35,034 bases of DNA from assembly GCA_047516145.1 (NCBI GenBank), contig JAKZVH010000139.1:1-35034 (forward strand), in the 5' to 3' direction. Positions 26,041 through 35,034 of this stretch are shown here, in pieces (within the stretch, counting starts at the first letter, position 1; the number at the start of each line of letters is the position of its first letter). Source of the stretch: Gammaproteobacteria bacterium. Its GTDB lineage: Bacteria; Pseudomonadota; Gammaproteobacteria; Steroidobacterales; Rariloculaceae. The position numbers were made by a program, and so were the translations under genes. The notes beneath the pieces are model-generated. The model saw nothing but the letters and a program-made list of their open reading frames with translations. It made no database searches and was not told where the DNA came from.

Positions 26041-28200
26041 CTACGCCGGCGTCCTGAAGACGCGGACCACGCCCGGGTTGGTGCGAATGCTGCGAATGAC
26101 CTGGGCAAGATGACGCCGGTCGCGCACGTTGAGCCGGAACAGCAAGGTCGACTCGTCATCGTCGGTTTCGACGGCGACGTGACCGATGTTGCTCAACGTC
26201 GCGGAGATTCGGCCTGCCACCTCGGCCAGCAATCCCACCCGGTTCAGGGTCCGTACCTGGATCTCCGACTGGAACTCACCCTTGATGCCCCGACGCCAAT
26301 CCACCGGAATCCACTTGGCGGGTTGCTTGCGATACCCGGAGACGTTGCGGCAGGTGTCGCGATGAATGATCACTCCGCGTCCGCTGGACATGAAACCGAC
26401 GATTCCATCGCCCGGTATGGGGTTGCAGCAACCTGCATAGGTGACCAGGAGACCTTCGGTGCCGGCGATTTCCAGCGGTTTTCGCTGCGTCGCGATATCG
26501 CTTTCTCCCTCGTCGCCAAGCTGTTGGGCGAGCATGCCCGCGATCACCGGGGCCAGGCGCTCGCCGAGACCGAGTTGCTCGTAGACCTCATCCATCCCAG
26601 ACTCGCCCAGTTCACCGAGGAGGCTTTCGGTCTGGGCCTTGCGCAAGCGGCGCAGGTTCAGCGAATAGGGTCTGAGCGCCTGACTGAGAAGTCGCTTGCC
26701 GAGTTTGCTCGCCTCGTCCCGCTTCAGGTTCTTGAGATAGGCGCGAATGGCGTTGCGCGCCTTGCCGGTGGCGACGAAATTGATCCAGCTCGGGTTGGGC
26801 CGCGCCGAGCGGGCCGTCACTATCTCCACCGTATCGCCGTTGCTGAGCGTGGTGTTCAGCGGGACCTCGCGCCGGGAGATCTTCGCGGCAATGCAACGGT
26901 TGCCCACGTCGGTGTGCACCGCGTAGGCGAAATCCACGGCGGTGGCGCCGCGGGGCAGGCGCAGGATATCGCCCCTGGGCGTGAACACGTAGACCTTGTC
27001 CGGGAACAGGTCCGCCTTGACGGTTTCGAGAAATTCCTCGGAATTGGCGGCGTGCTGCATTTCCATCAGGTTGTGAAGCCACTGCCGCGCCTTGGCTTCG
27101 GCGCCGTGGGTCTTCTTGTCCACCGCCTTGTACTGCCAGTGGGCGGCGATCCCGCGCTCGGCGACCTGATCCATCTCTTCGGTGCGTATCTGCACTTCCA
27201 GGGGCATGCTCTTGGGACCGAAGAGTGTCGTGTGCAGCGACTGGTATGCGTTGACCCGCGGAATCGATATGTAGTCCTTGAACCGGCCGGGCATCGGCTT
27301 GTAGAGCTCATGCACGAGTCCGAGGATCCGGTAGCACGCGTCAACGTTGGCGACGACGATTCTCACTCCGAATACGTCGACGATTTCGGAGAGATTGATG
27401 TGTTTGCGGCGCATCTTGGAGTAGATGCTGTAGAGGCGCTTCTGCCGGGCAGCCAGACGGGCGTCGATGCCGCGCTCGGCGATTTTCTTGTTCAGATTGC
27501 CGACAATCTTGCGCAGAAACTGCCGCTGGCTGCCGCTGGCTCGGCGCAGGGCGCGATCCAGCACTCGATAGCGAAACGGCGAGAACGCCTTGAACCCCAG
27601 GTCCTCCAGTTCCACCTTCAGGCTGTACATGCCGAGGCGATTGGCGATGGGGGCGTAGATCTCCAGCGTCTCCCTGGCGATGCGGCGCTGTTTGTCGGCG
27701 GGCAGGGCGTCGATGGTGCGCATGTTGTGGGTGCGGTCGGCCAGCTTCACCAGGATGACGCGCAGATCCTGCACCATGGCCAGGAGCATCTTGCGGAAGG
27801 ATTCCGCCTGAGCCTCGGCGGCACTGTCGAAGCTCAGCTTGTCCAGTTTGCTGACGCCGTCCACCAACAGGGCCACGTCCTCTCCGAATCGCGCGTTGAT
27901 GTCTTCGATCGTGCAGGTCGTGTCTTCGAGCACGTCGTGGAGCAGCGCCGCCTTGATGGTGCCGGCGTCGAGATGAAGATTCGCGAGGATTCGCGCGACG
28001 GAAACCGGATGGGAGATGTAGGCTTCGCCGCTCAGCCGCGCCTGCCCCTGGTGGGCGTCGTCGGCGGCCTCGTAAGCGTCGAGGATGCCTGGCAGCTCAG
28101 ATTCGGGGAGATAGCTCTCCAGCGTCCCCATGAGTTCCGCAAGATTGTCTTCCCGCCACACCGACGGCAGGCGTTCCCTGATTGCGGCCGAATAGTCCAT
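26041..28200 (-). CDS. spoT: bifunctional (p)ppGpp synthetase/hydrolase SpoT
   Basis: 719 aa. HD hydrolase motif ..[20 protein letters not shown].., a RelA/SpoT synthetase core, and TGS and ACT-like C-terminal regions. Lies downstream of rpoZ, as in the classical spo operon. Confidence 0.93.
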   Translation of the reverse strand: MDYSAAIRERLPSVWREDNLAELMGTLESYLPESELPGILDAYEAADDAHQGQARLSGEAYISHPVSVARILANLHLDAGTIKAALLHDVLEDTTCTIEDINARFGEDVALLVDGVSKLDKLSFDSAAEAQAESFRKMLLAMVQDLRVILVKLADRTHNMRTIDALPADKQRRIARETLEIYAPIANRLGMYSLKVELEDLGFKAFSPFRYRVLDRALRRASGSQRQFLRKIVGNLNKKIAERGIDARLAARQKRLYSIYSKMRRKHINLSEIVDVFGVRIVVANVDACYRILGLVHELYKPMPGRFKDYISIPRVNAYQSLHTTLFGPKSMPLEVQIRTEEMDQVAERGIAAHWQYKAVDKKTHGAEAKARQWLHNLMEMQHAANSEEFLETVKADLFPDKVYVFTPRGDILRLPRGATAVDFAYAVHTDVGNRCIAAKISRREVPLNTTLSNGDTVEIVTARSARPNPSWINFVATGKARNAIRAYLKNLKRDEASKLGKRLLSQALRPYSLNLRRLRKAQTESLLGELGESGMDEVYEQLGLGERLAPVIAGMLAQQLGDEGESDIATQRKPLEIAGTEGLLVTYAGCCNPIPGDGIVGFMSSGRGVIIHRDTCRNVSGYRKQPAKWIPVDWRRGIKGEFQSEIQVRTLNRVGLLAEVAGRISATLSNIGHVAVETDDDESTLLFRLNVRDRRHLAQVIRSIRTNPGVVRVFRTPA

Positions 28201-28240
28201 GCGAGCTCCCGCGTCTCGCGCCGAGCGATTGCGTCACGCG

Positions 28241-28534
28241 TCAGTCGCTGAAGAAGATGTTGCTGGCAGGGAGCAAGTCTCCGGAAAGCGTCGACGCGGC
28301 CTTATCCATGCCGAGCAGGTCCTCCGCAGGTCGGTCACGTTCTTCGAGAATCGACTCGGTCACGAAACCTTCGGCTATCTCGCGCAGCGCGACAACGGTT
28401 GGTTTGTCGTTCTCCCACGGCACCATGGGTTCGGCGCCGTTGGCCAGTTGCCGGGCACGCTTCGCCGCCACCAGCACCAGCTGAAACATGTTCGGTATGT
28501 TGTCCGTACAGTCCTCTACGGTGATTCGCGCCAC
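28241..28534 (-). CDS. rpoZ: DNA-directed RNA polymerase subunit omega
   Basis: [25 protein letters not shown]... The start codon is GTG (28534-28532), with GGGAGGG 7 nt upstream. Confidence 0.93.
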   Translation of the reverse strand: MARITVEDCTDNIPNMFQLVLVAAKRARQLANGAEPMVPWENDKPTVVALREIAEGFVTESILEERDRPAEDLLGMDKAASTLSGDLLPASNIFFSD

Positions 28535-28669
28535 GGCACAACCCTCCCAGGAGTCATATCACTACCATTCCTGTCGCGAGTGTACTTCAAGAGACATCGC
28601 AGCCGCCACATAAGCGCCTGATGGGAGTAATATCCCTGCGTCCAATTGCCCCCATACCAGGAGAGCCAT

Positions 28670-29758
28670 ATGCCGGGAAGGACGATTTCGATCTGGACCG
28701 GTTGCTTCGCGACGCTGGCACTTTCGTTGCCAGGCGCCGCCCAGATGCCCGAGCTGCGGCGCGCGCCGGTCGACCATGTACCGGTCCTGGGCATCGCGCA
28801 CATCACCGGCGACATCTATCGCGCAACGGTCGACAACCACGGTACCGTGTTCCTGGTCACCTCCGAGGGAATCATCCTTGCCGATCCTATCAGCCCCGGG
28901 TTCGCGGAGTGGCTCAAGGGGGAGTTCGAGGAACGATTCGGCGTCCCGGTCAGGTACGTGGTCTACAGCCACTATCACTGGGATCACGCCTCAGGCGGCG
29001 ATGTGTTTGCGGATACAGCGCAGTTCGTGGGTCACGTCAACATGCTTTCCCACCTGGCCATGCCGCCCGCGTCGACCACGCTGGACCAGGTGGTCGGGCA
29101 GTATCAACCATTCGCCGCGCTGGACGCTAACGGCAATGGCCTGGTGGAGGCGAGCGAGGTTCCGCAAGACATCCAACGGTTCTATGGTTCCAACCTCTCC
29201 CAGTTCCCGGGGTTCGACGCCAACGCAGACGGCGTACTCAACGGTGCGGAGTTGGTGCGCGGACCGGTGAGCTTTGTGCGCCCGCCCAACATCGCCTTCG
29301 CCGAGGAAATTGAAATCGGATTGGGCGGCAAGCGCGTAAAGCTGAGCTGGGCCGGCGATATGAACCACTCACGGGATTCGAGCATCATCGCCTTTCCCGA
29401 TGACGGCGTGATGATGGTCGTCGACTACATTTCCTTCGGACGACTGCCCAACAGGGAAATGGATTACGAGAACGGGCTCTTCGAAGAGTGGATGGCGGCG
29501 ATCGAGAAGACGGAGGCGATGGCGGAAGACTTCGAGTTTGTCGCCACGGGCCATGGACCCGTCGGCACCGTTGAGGACGTGCTCGCGTGGCGAGAGTACA
29601 TGGAACGGCTCCGGGACGAGGTCGCCGCGGGGATCGCCGCCGGGCGGACGCTGGAGGAGATGCAGCAGACCATCACCATGGACGAGTACAGCGATTTCGA
29701 AGGTTTCGACTGGGTCGACGAGAATGTCCTGGGCATGTATCATTTCCTGACCGATTGA
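28670..29758 (+). CDS. exported MBL-fold metallo-hydrolase with an internal pair of EF-hand-like loops
   Basis: Start ATG 28670 with AGGAGAG 5 nt upstream and signal peptide MPGRTISIWTGCFATLALSLPGAAQ. HxHxDH motif HYHWDH (28970-28987). EF-hand loops DANGNGLVEASE (29123-29158) and DANADGVLNGAE (29216-29251). Confidence 0.8.
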   Translation: MPGRTISIWTGCFATLALSLPGAAQMPELRRAPVDHVPVLGIAHITGDIYRATVDNHGTVFLVTSEGIILADPISPGFAEWLKGEFEERFGVPVRYVVYSHYHWDHASGGDVFADTAQFVGHVNMLSHLAMPPASTTLDQVVGQYQPFAALDANGNGLVEASEVPQDIQRFYGSNLSQFPGFDANADGVLNGAELVRGPVSFVRPPNIAFAEEIEIGLGGKRVKLSWAGDMNHSRDSSIIAFPDDGVMMVVDYISFGRLPNREMDYENGLFEEWMAAIEKTEAMAEDFEFVATGHGPVGTVEDVLAWREYMERLRDEVAAGIAAGRTLEEMQQTITMDEYSDFEGFDWVDENVLGMYHFLTD

Positions 29759-29796
29759 CGGCGGTCGCCTGCCCGCCCATCTCCCGCCAGGGCCGG

Positions 29797-30429
29797 CTAA
29801 CCCGCCGCGGCAACGATTCGCGTTGCCCGGCGTCGAACCTCCGGGGAATCGGCCCGGTGGCGTTCGCCCCGGTCGTCGAGAATCGCCTCGAATCCGGCCA
29901 CCGCGGATTCCAGGTGTTCGTTGATCAGGACGTAGTCGAACCGATCCCATTGGGCCATGTCCGTCAACGCATCCCGTAACCGCCGGCCGATGTTTTCCTT
30001 CGAATCGGCGCCGCGCCCCCGCAATCGCCGCTCGAGTTCCGCCCGTCCCGGCGGCAGAATGAAAACGCTGTCGGCGCCGGGTTCCCGGGACCGGATCTGC
30101 GCGGCCCCCTGCCAGTCGATTTCCAGCAACACCGTCTTGCCCGCCTGGCGCAACGATTCCACGGAGGCGCGGCTGGTGCCGTACCAATGGTCGAATACCC
30201 GCGCCGATTCCAGGAAAGCATCTTCGGCGAGCATGTCCCGGAATCGTTGCTCGTCGACAAAGCAATAGTCCACGCCCTCAACTTCGCTAAGTCGTGGCGG
30301 CCGGGTGGTATAGGAAACCGAGAACGACAGCTCCGGACGCCGGCTCAGTGCCTCGCGCACGAGCGTCGTCTTGCCCGCGCCGGAGGGCGCGGAGATGACG
30401 ATCAATCCACCCCGTTCGTTCGCCGCCAT
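29797..30429 (-). CDS. gmk: guanylate kinase
   Basis: 210 aa. P-loop ..ISAPSGAGKTTLV.., ..SVSYTTRPPR..E..G.DY.F... Confidence 0.93.
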   Translation of the reverse strand: MAANERGGLIVISAPSGAGKTTLVREALSRRPELSFSVSYTTRPPRLSEVEGVDYCFVDEQRFRDMLAEDAFLESARVFDHWYGTSRASVESLRQAGKTVLLEIDWQGAAQIRSREPGADSVFILPPGRAELERRLRGRGADSKENIGRRLRDALTDMAQWDRFDYVLINEHLESAVAGFEAILDDRGERHRADSPEVRRRATRIVAAAG

Positions 30430-30433
30430 CCGC

Positions 30434-31300
30434 TCACTCCAGGTTCTGTACCTGTTCGCGGATCTGTTCGATCAGGACCTTGAGTTCCACGGCATCGCGG
30501 GTCAGCTCGGCATCCTGGGCCTTGGACGACAGGGTATTGGCTTCCCGGTTGAGCTCCTGCAGGAGGAAATCCAGCCGCCGGCCCATGGGCCCGTCGCACG
30601 CCATGACCGCCTCGACCTCCTGAATGTGACCCGCAAGCCGGTCGATCTCCTCGGAAACGTCCAGACGCTGTGCCAGTTGTACCATCTCCTGTGCGAGTCG
30701 CTGCGGGTCGGCATCGACATCAAACCGTTCCAGCCGCCGTACGAGACTTTGCCTATAGCGTTCCTCCGCCTGCCCCAATCGCGGGCGAATGGCAGCGATG
30801 ATGCCTGTTATGGTGTCGCAACGCTCGCGTACCGTCGCGGCCAACCGTTCCCCCTCCCGCCGGCGCGCAGCGACCAACGATTGAAGCGCGCTGTCCAGAG
30901 CCTCGGCCACGGCCGATTCCACGTCGGCTGGTTCGCAGGACGCTTCCTCGACCGCACCCGGCCAGCGCAGGACATCGCCCACCGTCAGCGGCTCGGCGTT
31001 GTCAAAGCTCTCGCGCACACGCTGTTGCAGCGCCGCCAACCCGGAGATCGCATCCTCCCGCAATTCGACGCCGGCGCGTTGGTCCGGCTCGCGGTTGACG
31101 GTCAATGTGCAGTCGACCTTGCCGCGCATCAGCGCGCTATCCACGCGGGCCCGGCAGGCCGGCTCGAGCGACTTGAGGTTGGTGGGCAACCGGATACCGA
31201 TCTCCAGGAACCGGTGATTGACGCTGCGCAATTCCCAAACCAGACGAAAGGGCGCAACCAGTGCCTGGGCGCTGGCGAAACCGGTCATGCTGCTTGCCAT
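30434..31300 (-). CDS. yicC: YicC-family stress-induced protein
   Basis: Start taken at MASSMTGFASAQ.. (ATG 31300). The C-terminus ..AVELKVLIEQIREQVQNLE is typical of YicC. Its stop lies 4 nt before the gmk start. Confidence 0.88.
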   Translation of the reverse strand: MASSMTGFASAQALVAPFRLVWELRSVNHRFLEIGIRLPTNLKSLEPACRARVDSALMRGKVDCTLTVNREPDQRAGVELREDAISGLAALQQRVRESFDNAEPLTVGDVLRWPGAVEEASCEPADVESAVAEALDSALQSLVAARRREGERLAATVRERCDTITGIIAAIRPRLGQAEERYRQSLVRRLERFDVDADPQRLAQEMVQLAQRLDVSEEIDRLAGHIQEVEAVMACDGPMGRRLDFLLQELNREANTLSSKAQDAELTRDAVELKVLIEQIREQVQNLE

Positions 31301-31449
31301 GATGAAACCCGTCGATACCGTTCCGTAAGTGCCCCCGCCGTTCAAGACCCATCAAGGGCGTGCGCAAGTCTAACCCGAATGCAGTGTGAGCACTTCGGAT
31401 GATGGGCGCAGTAGAATGAGGGTGGAGTTTGCGGGCGGGAGCCTCACCT

Positions 31450-32202
31450 ATGAATGACGTGCCAACGCCGAATGAGGCGATCGGAATCCGGCCCAGCGGG
31501 CGTATGCTCGATGAAATGCGGGAGGTGCGGTTCCAGGCGGACTACGTAACCCACGCCGAAGGTTCGGTGCTCGCCGAGTTCGGCGGCACGCGCGTGCTCG
31601 CGACGGCGAGCGTTGAAAAGCGAGTCCCGCCGTTTCTCAAGGGCCGCGGCGAGGGTTGGGTGACCGCGGAGTACGGCATGCTCCCGCGCGCGACTCATAC
31701 TCGCAGCTTCCGGGAAGCCGTGCGCGGCAAACAGGGCGGCCGCACCGTGGAGATTCAGCGCCTTGTCGGCCGTAGCCTGCGAGCCGTGGTGGACCGTGCC
31801 GCGTTGGGAGAGAGGACCATCACGGTGGACTGCGATGTGCTCCAGGCCGACGGCGGGACGCGCACAACCGCCATCACCGGAGGCTACATCGCCCTGGTTC
31901 TCGCGGTGGAGAAGCTGATGCGGGTGGGTAAGCTCAAAAGGAACCCGATCCACGGCCAGATCGCTGCCGTTTCGGTGGGAATCTACCGAGGCGAGGCGGT
32001 TCTGGACCTGGACTACGCCGAGGATGCCGAAGCGGAGACGGATATGAACGTCGTGATGAACGAGGCAGGCGGGTTTATCGAGGTACAGGGTACCGCTGAG
32101 GGTCATGCCTTCCAGCGGGGCGAGCTGGACCGCCTGCTGGACCTGGCGACCAGGGGCATTCGCGAACTACTCGAGCGTCAGGCCGAGGTGCTGGCGCGTT
32201 GA
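31450..32202 (+). CDS. rph: ribonuclease PH
   Basis: ..[62 protein letters not shown]... ATG 31450 is preferred over the TTG at 31429. Divergent from yicC, as in E. coli. Confidence 0.92.
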   Translation: MNDVPTPNEAIGIRPSGRMLDEMREVRFQADYVTHAEGSVLAEFGGTRVLATASVEKRVPPFLKGRGEGWVTAEYGMLPRATHTRSFREAVRGKQGGRTVEIQRLVGRSLRAVVDRAALGERTITVDCDVLQADGGTRTTAITGGYIALVLAVEKLMRVGKLKRNPIHGQIAAVSVGIYRGEAVLDLDYAEDAEAETDMNVVMNEAGGFIEVQGTAEGHAFQRGELDRLLDLATRGIRELLERQAEVLAR

Positions 32203-32810
32203 CCGCCGTTCCCGGCCGCTGGGTCTTCGCCAGCGGCAACGCGGGCAAATTTGCGGAATTGCGCAAGCTGCTGGCGCCCTCGGGTATCGAGCTCGCCTCC
32301 CAGCGGGAGTTCGGTCTCGAATCGCCGGAGGAAACGGGCCACAGCTTCCTGGAGAATGCGTTGCTGAAGGCGCGGCATGCGGCCGCCGCGACGAGGATGG
32401 CGGCGATCGCGGACGATTCGGGGCTGGCCGTGGACGCGCTCGGCGGAGCGCCGGGAATTCGTTCGGCGCGCTTTGCCGATGGCGGCCCGGCTGCCAACAA
32501 CGCCAAGCTGCTGCGTCTGCTGGAGGATGTGCCTGAACAACGGCGCGGTGCGCGGTTCTGCTGCGTGGTGGTGGCGCTCAGGCGTTGGGATGATCCGATG
32601 CCGCTGGTGGGTACGGGCGAGTGGCACGGTCGCATCGTCCGCAAGCCCCGGGGAACATCGGGCTTCGGCTACGATCCGGTATTCTTCGACCCCGATCTGG
32701 GCGCGACCGCGGCTGAGTTACCCGCCGAGGTCAAGAACCGGGTCAGCCATCGAGGCCGGGCACTCGTGCAGATTCAAAGGGCGCTCGAGGCGCTCGCATC
32801 CGGCGATTGA
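32199..32810 (+). CDS. rdgB: dITP/XTP pyrophosphatase (RdgB/HAM1 family)
   Basis: ..[52 protein letters not shown]... The TTG start overlaps the rph stop (TTGA). Confidence 0.9.
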   Translation: MTAVPGRWVFASGNAGKFAELRKLLAPSGIELASQREFGLESPEETGHSFLENALLKARHAAAATRMAAIADDSGLAVDALGGAPGIRSARFADGGPAANNAKLLRLLEDVPEQRRGARFCCVVVALRRWDDPMPLVGTGEWHGRIVRKPRGTSGFGYDPVFFDPDLGATAAELPAEVKNRVSHRGRALVQIQRALEALASGD

Positions 32811-33021
32811 TTCCAGACGGCATTCAAGCCAGGCGAATTATTGCCGTCCTTGACCATCGATCGGGTCGCACATGCGGCGACGTTCCACATCGTCACGCGG
32901 TTCATCAGCGCATCGTATTCCACCATGGCGCCGCCGTCCTTGGACCGAACGAAGCCGCGCGGCTTGTCTTCCGGCACGCTTGGCAGTAAGCTTTCGCGCC
33001 TTTCCAAGCCGGGATTTCACG

Positions 33022-33246
33022 ATGAGAGCCGACATTCATCCCGCATACGCCGATATCAACGTGACCTGCAGTTGCGGTAACGAATTCACCACCCGGTCCA
33101 CCCTGGGCAAGGATCTTCGCGTGGAAATCTGTTCCGCGTGCCATCCGTTCTATACCGGGACGCAGAAAATCGTCGACGCCGGCGGCCGCGTGGACAAATT
33201 CCGCAAGCGCTACGGTCGATCATCTGTCGCGCGCGGGCAACATTAA
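33022..33246 (+). CDS. rpmE: 50S ribosomal protein L31 (Zn-ribbon type)
   Basis: [49 protein letters not shown].. with both Cys pairs present. ATG at 33022 within the longer track ORF. Confidence 0.93.
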   Translation: MRADIHPAYADINVTCSCGNEFTTRSTLGKDLRVEICSACHPFYTGTQKIVDAGGRVDKFRKRYGRSSVARGQH

Positions 33247-33270
33247 TCCGTCTTAATGTGCCGGATTTGA

Positions 33271-33286
33271 GCCCCCTCGCGGGGGC
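33271..33286 (+). terminator. GC-rich hairpin downstream of rpmE
   Basis: GCCCCC-tcgc-GGGGGC, 24 nt after the rpmE stop. There is no clear T-tract, so this is tentative. Confidence 0.35.
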
Positions 33287-33292
33287 ATGGCC

Positions 33293-33301
33293 TGCTATAA
33301 T
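33293..33301 (+). promoter_or_regulatory. extended -10-like element TGcTATAAT (candidate gltA promoter)
   Basis: Read directly: tgctataat at 33293-33301, about 200 nt upstream of the gltA ATG. I found no convincing -35 at 17-bp spacing. Confidence 0.3.
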
Positions 33302-33498
33302 ACGCGGCTTTGGTGGGCTTTACGGTTAGCCCGCATATCTCTCCGACGTTCGTAGCGAAAGCGCCACCGCGAGCAGATCGGCGGTCGCGGCACGAGATTG
33401 GTGAAATATGCCGGCTCTGCTCGTGCCAGGCCCATTCGCCGCACCCTCGGCCGTCCCCGGCCGTGGACGGTCACGAAAAATCCAAGGGAACGCGACGT

Positions 33499-34797
33499 AT
33501 GAGCGAGAGGCACTACAGTCTTGTTGAAGCCAATTCGGGTGAGGCGCTGGATCTACCGCTTCGCAACGGAACAGCGGGGCCGAGCGTCGTCGGCATCTCC
33601 GCGCTGTACGAGAATCAAGGCGTATTCACGTACGACCCCGGCTTCGGCGCCACCGCCTCCTGCTCCAGCACGGTTACGTACATCGACGGCGAGCAGGGGA
33701 TACTGCGATACCGGGGCTACCCCATCGAGCAACTCGCGAAGCACTCGAGTTTCATCGAGGTGGCGTACCTGCTGCTCGACGGGGAACTCCCGACAAAGCC
33801 CGAACTGGAAGAGTTCGATGTCGCGATCCGCACCCACACGATGCTCAACGAGTCGTTCCTGCGGTTCTTCAACGGCTTCCACCACGATGCCCACCCCATG
33901 GCGATGGTTTCCGGCGTAGTGGCTTGCATGTCGGCGTTCTACCACGACAGCATGGACATCCACAACGCCAGGCACCGCGACATTTTCGCGCACCGGATCA
34001 TTGCCAAGATCCCGACCATCGCCGCCGCGGCCTACAAGCATGCATTGGGTCAACCCTTCGTCTACCCGCAGAACCGGTTCGACTACTGCAGCAACCTGTT
34101 GAACATGCTCTTCTCGGTGCCTCCGGCCTCTTACGAGATCGACCCGGTTGCGGCGGAGGCCCTGGACCTGCTGTTCATTCTTCACGCGGACCACGAACAG
34201 AATTGCAGTACTTCCACGGTGCGGCTTGCGGGGAGTTCCGGAACCAATCCCTACTCGGCCATTTCCGCCGGGATCTCCGCCCTCTGGGGGCCCGCTCACG
34301 GCGGCGCCAACGAGGCGGTGATCAAGACGTTGGAGGAGATCGGGGATCCGAGTCGTATCCGCGGGTACGTGGACAGAGCCAAGGACGGCAACGATCCGTT
34401 TCGGCTAATGGGCTTCGGGCACCGCGTCTACAAGAACCATGACCCCCGGGCGACGATCATCCGCCAGATGTGTCACCGCGTCCTGGAAAAACTCGGCCGG
34501 GCCAGCGACGGGCCGCTCTTCGAGTTGGCACTGGCGTTGGAACAGATCGCGCTTGAGGACGAGTACTTCGTCGAGAGGAACCTGTACCCCAACGTGGATT
34601 TCTACTCCGGGATCATCTACCAGGCACTGGGGATTCCGAAGTCCATGTTCACGGTCATGTTCGCGATCGCCCGCACCGTGGGCTGGGTGGCGCACTGGCG
34701 TGAGATGGTCCGCGATCCCGAGTCGCGTATCGGGCGGCCGCGGCAGCTCTACGTCGGGCCGGAGCAGCGAGACTACGTGGCGCTCGGCGAGCGCTAG
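33499..34797 (+). CDS. gltA: citrate synthase (type II)
   Basis: Start ATG 33499 ([21 protein letters not shown]..), about 432 aa. ..[14 protein letters not shown].., ..[18 protein letters not shown].., ..[14 protein letters not shown]... Confidence 0.93.
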   Translation: MSERHYSLVEANSGEALDLPLRNGTAGPSVVGISALYENQGVFTYDPGFGATASCSSTVTYIDGEQGILRYRGYPIEQLAKHSSFIEVAYLLLDGELPTKPELEEFDVAIRTHTMLNESFLRFFNGFHHDAHPMAMVSGVVACMSAFYHDSMDIHNARHRDIFAHRIIAKIPTIAAAAYKHALGQPFVYPQNRFDYCSNLLNMLFSVPPASYEIDPVAAEALDLLFILHADHEQNCSTSTVRLAGSSGTNPYSAISAGISALWGPAHGGANEAVIKTLEEIGDPSRIRGYVDRAKDGNDPFRLMGFGHRVYKNHDPRATIIRQMCHRVLEKLGRASDGPLFELALALEQIALEDEYFVERNLYPNVDFYSGIIYQALGIPKSMFTVMFAIARTVGWVAHWREMVRDPESRIGRPRQLYVGPEQRDYVALGER

Positions 34798-34859
34798 CTG
34801 TCATACCGTAATCCACTGAAGCGGGCGCTACGATCCTACGTTCGCAAGGCGGGTTGCTG

Positions 34860-35034
34860 ATGGCCGTTTCGCGCTGGCGAGTGTGGCTGGATCAGCCGCA
34901 ACGATTGCCCTTTCGCCGTGCCCTCTACCAAATCCACCTTTGGGTGGGGATCGCGACCGGCCTCTATATTCTCATGATCAGCCTGTCCGGGAGCGCTGTC
35001 GTATTTCGGCGCGAACTCACCCGCTGGCTGCTGC
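34860..35034 (+). CDS. PepSY-associated TM-helix protein, N-terminal part; runs off the window
   Basis: ATG 34860. MAVSRWRVWLDQPQRLPFRRALYQIHLWVGIATGLYILMISLSGSAVVFRRELTRWLL fits the PepSY_TM N-terminal pattern. Confidence 0.6.
   Translation, partial: MAVSRWRVWLDQPQRLPFRRALYQIHLWVGIATGLYILMISLSGSAVVFRRELTRWLL

Overview
GC-rich chromosomal segment (roughly 60-65% GC by eye, not computed). Gene content and synteny look gammaproteobacterial. Most of the window is intact, tightly packed housekeeping DNA. Minus strand, 1-10.8 kb: TRAP DctM/DctQ-like permeases, a small TPR protein, trkH, trkA, uvrD, ctaB, ctaA, bioC, bioB. Plus strand, 10.8-16 kb: comF-like, saccharopine-dehydrogenase-like, DUF2269, nfeD, SPFH/stomatin, a small Gly-zipper ORF, a SAM methyltransferase. 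Minus strand, 22.6-28.5 kb: ubiA, recG, ridA, spoT, rpoZ. A plus-strand MBL-fold hydrolase sits between rpoZ and gmk. Then come gmk and yicC (minus), followed by rph, rdgB, rpmE, gltA and a partial PepSY-TM gene (plus). The only accessory-looking stretch is about 15.97-22.6 kb. Its first part (15.97-19.5 kb) is a gene graveyard. It holds a diverged copy of the methyltransferase 3' end, an Xre/DUF2384-RES toxin-antitoxin pair whose toxin needs two frame corrections, an RloB/AbiLii-like fragment, the C-terminal stub of a TonB-dependent receptor, and a cytochrome c/beta-propeller gene needing two frame corrections. Its second part (19.6-22.6 kb) encodes intact but poorly characterised proteins: a secreted cupin, a KPR-like Rossmann oxidoreductase, a repeat-containing micro-ORF and a secreted DUF6152-like fusion protein. 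I found no rRNA, tRNA, CRISPR array, transposase or integrase by eye. I did not find a complete, clearly novel multi-gene system. The best candidates for follow-up are the decayed defence patch, the exported redox-type gene set next to it, and the EF-hand-bearing MBL hydrolase that splits gmk from rpoZ. All family calls rest on motif recognition in the supplied or hand-made translations, not on database searches.
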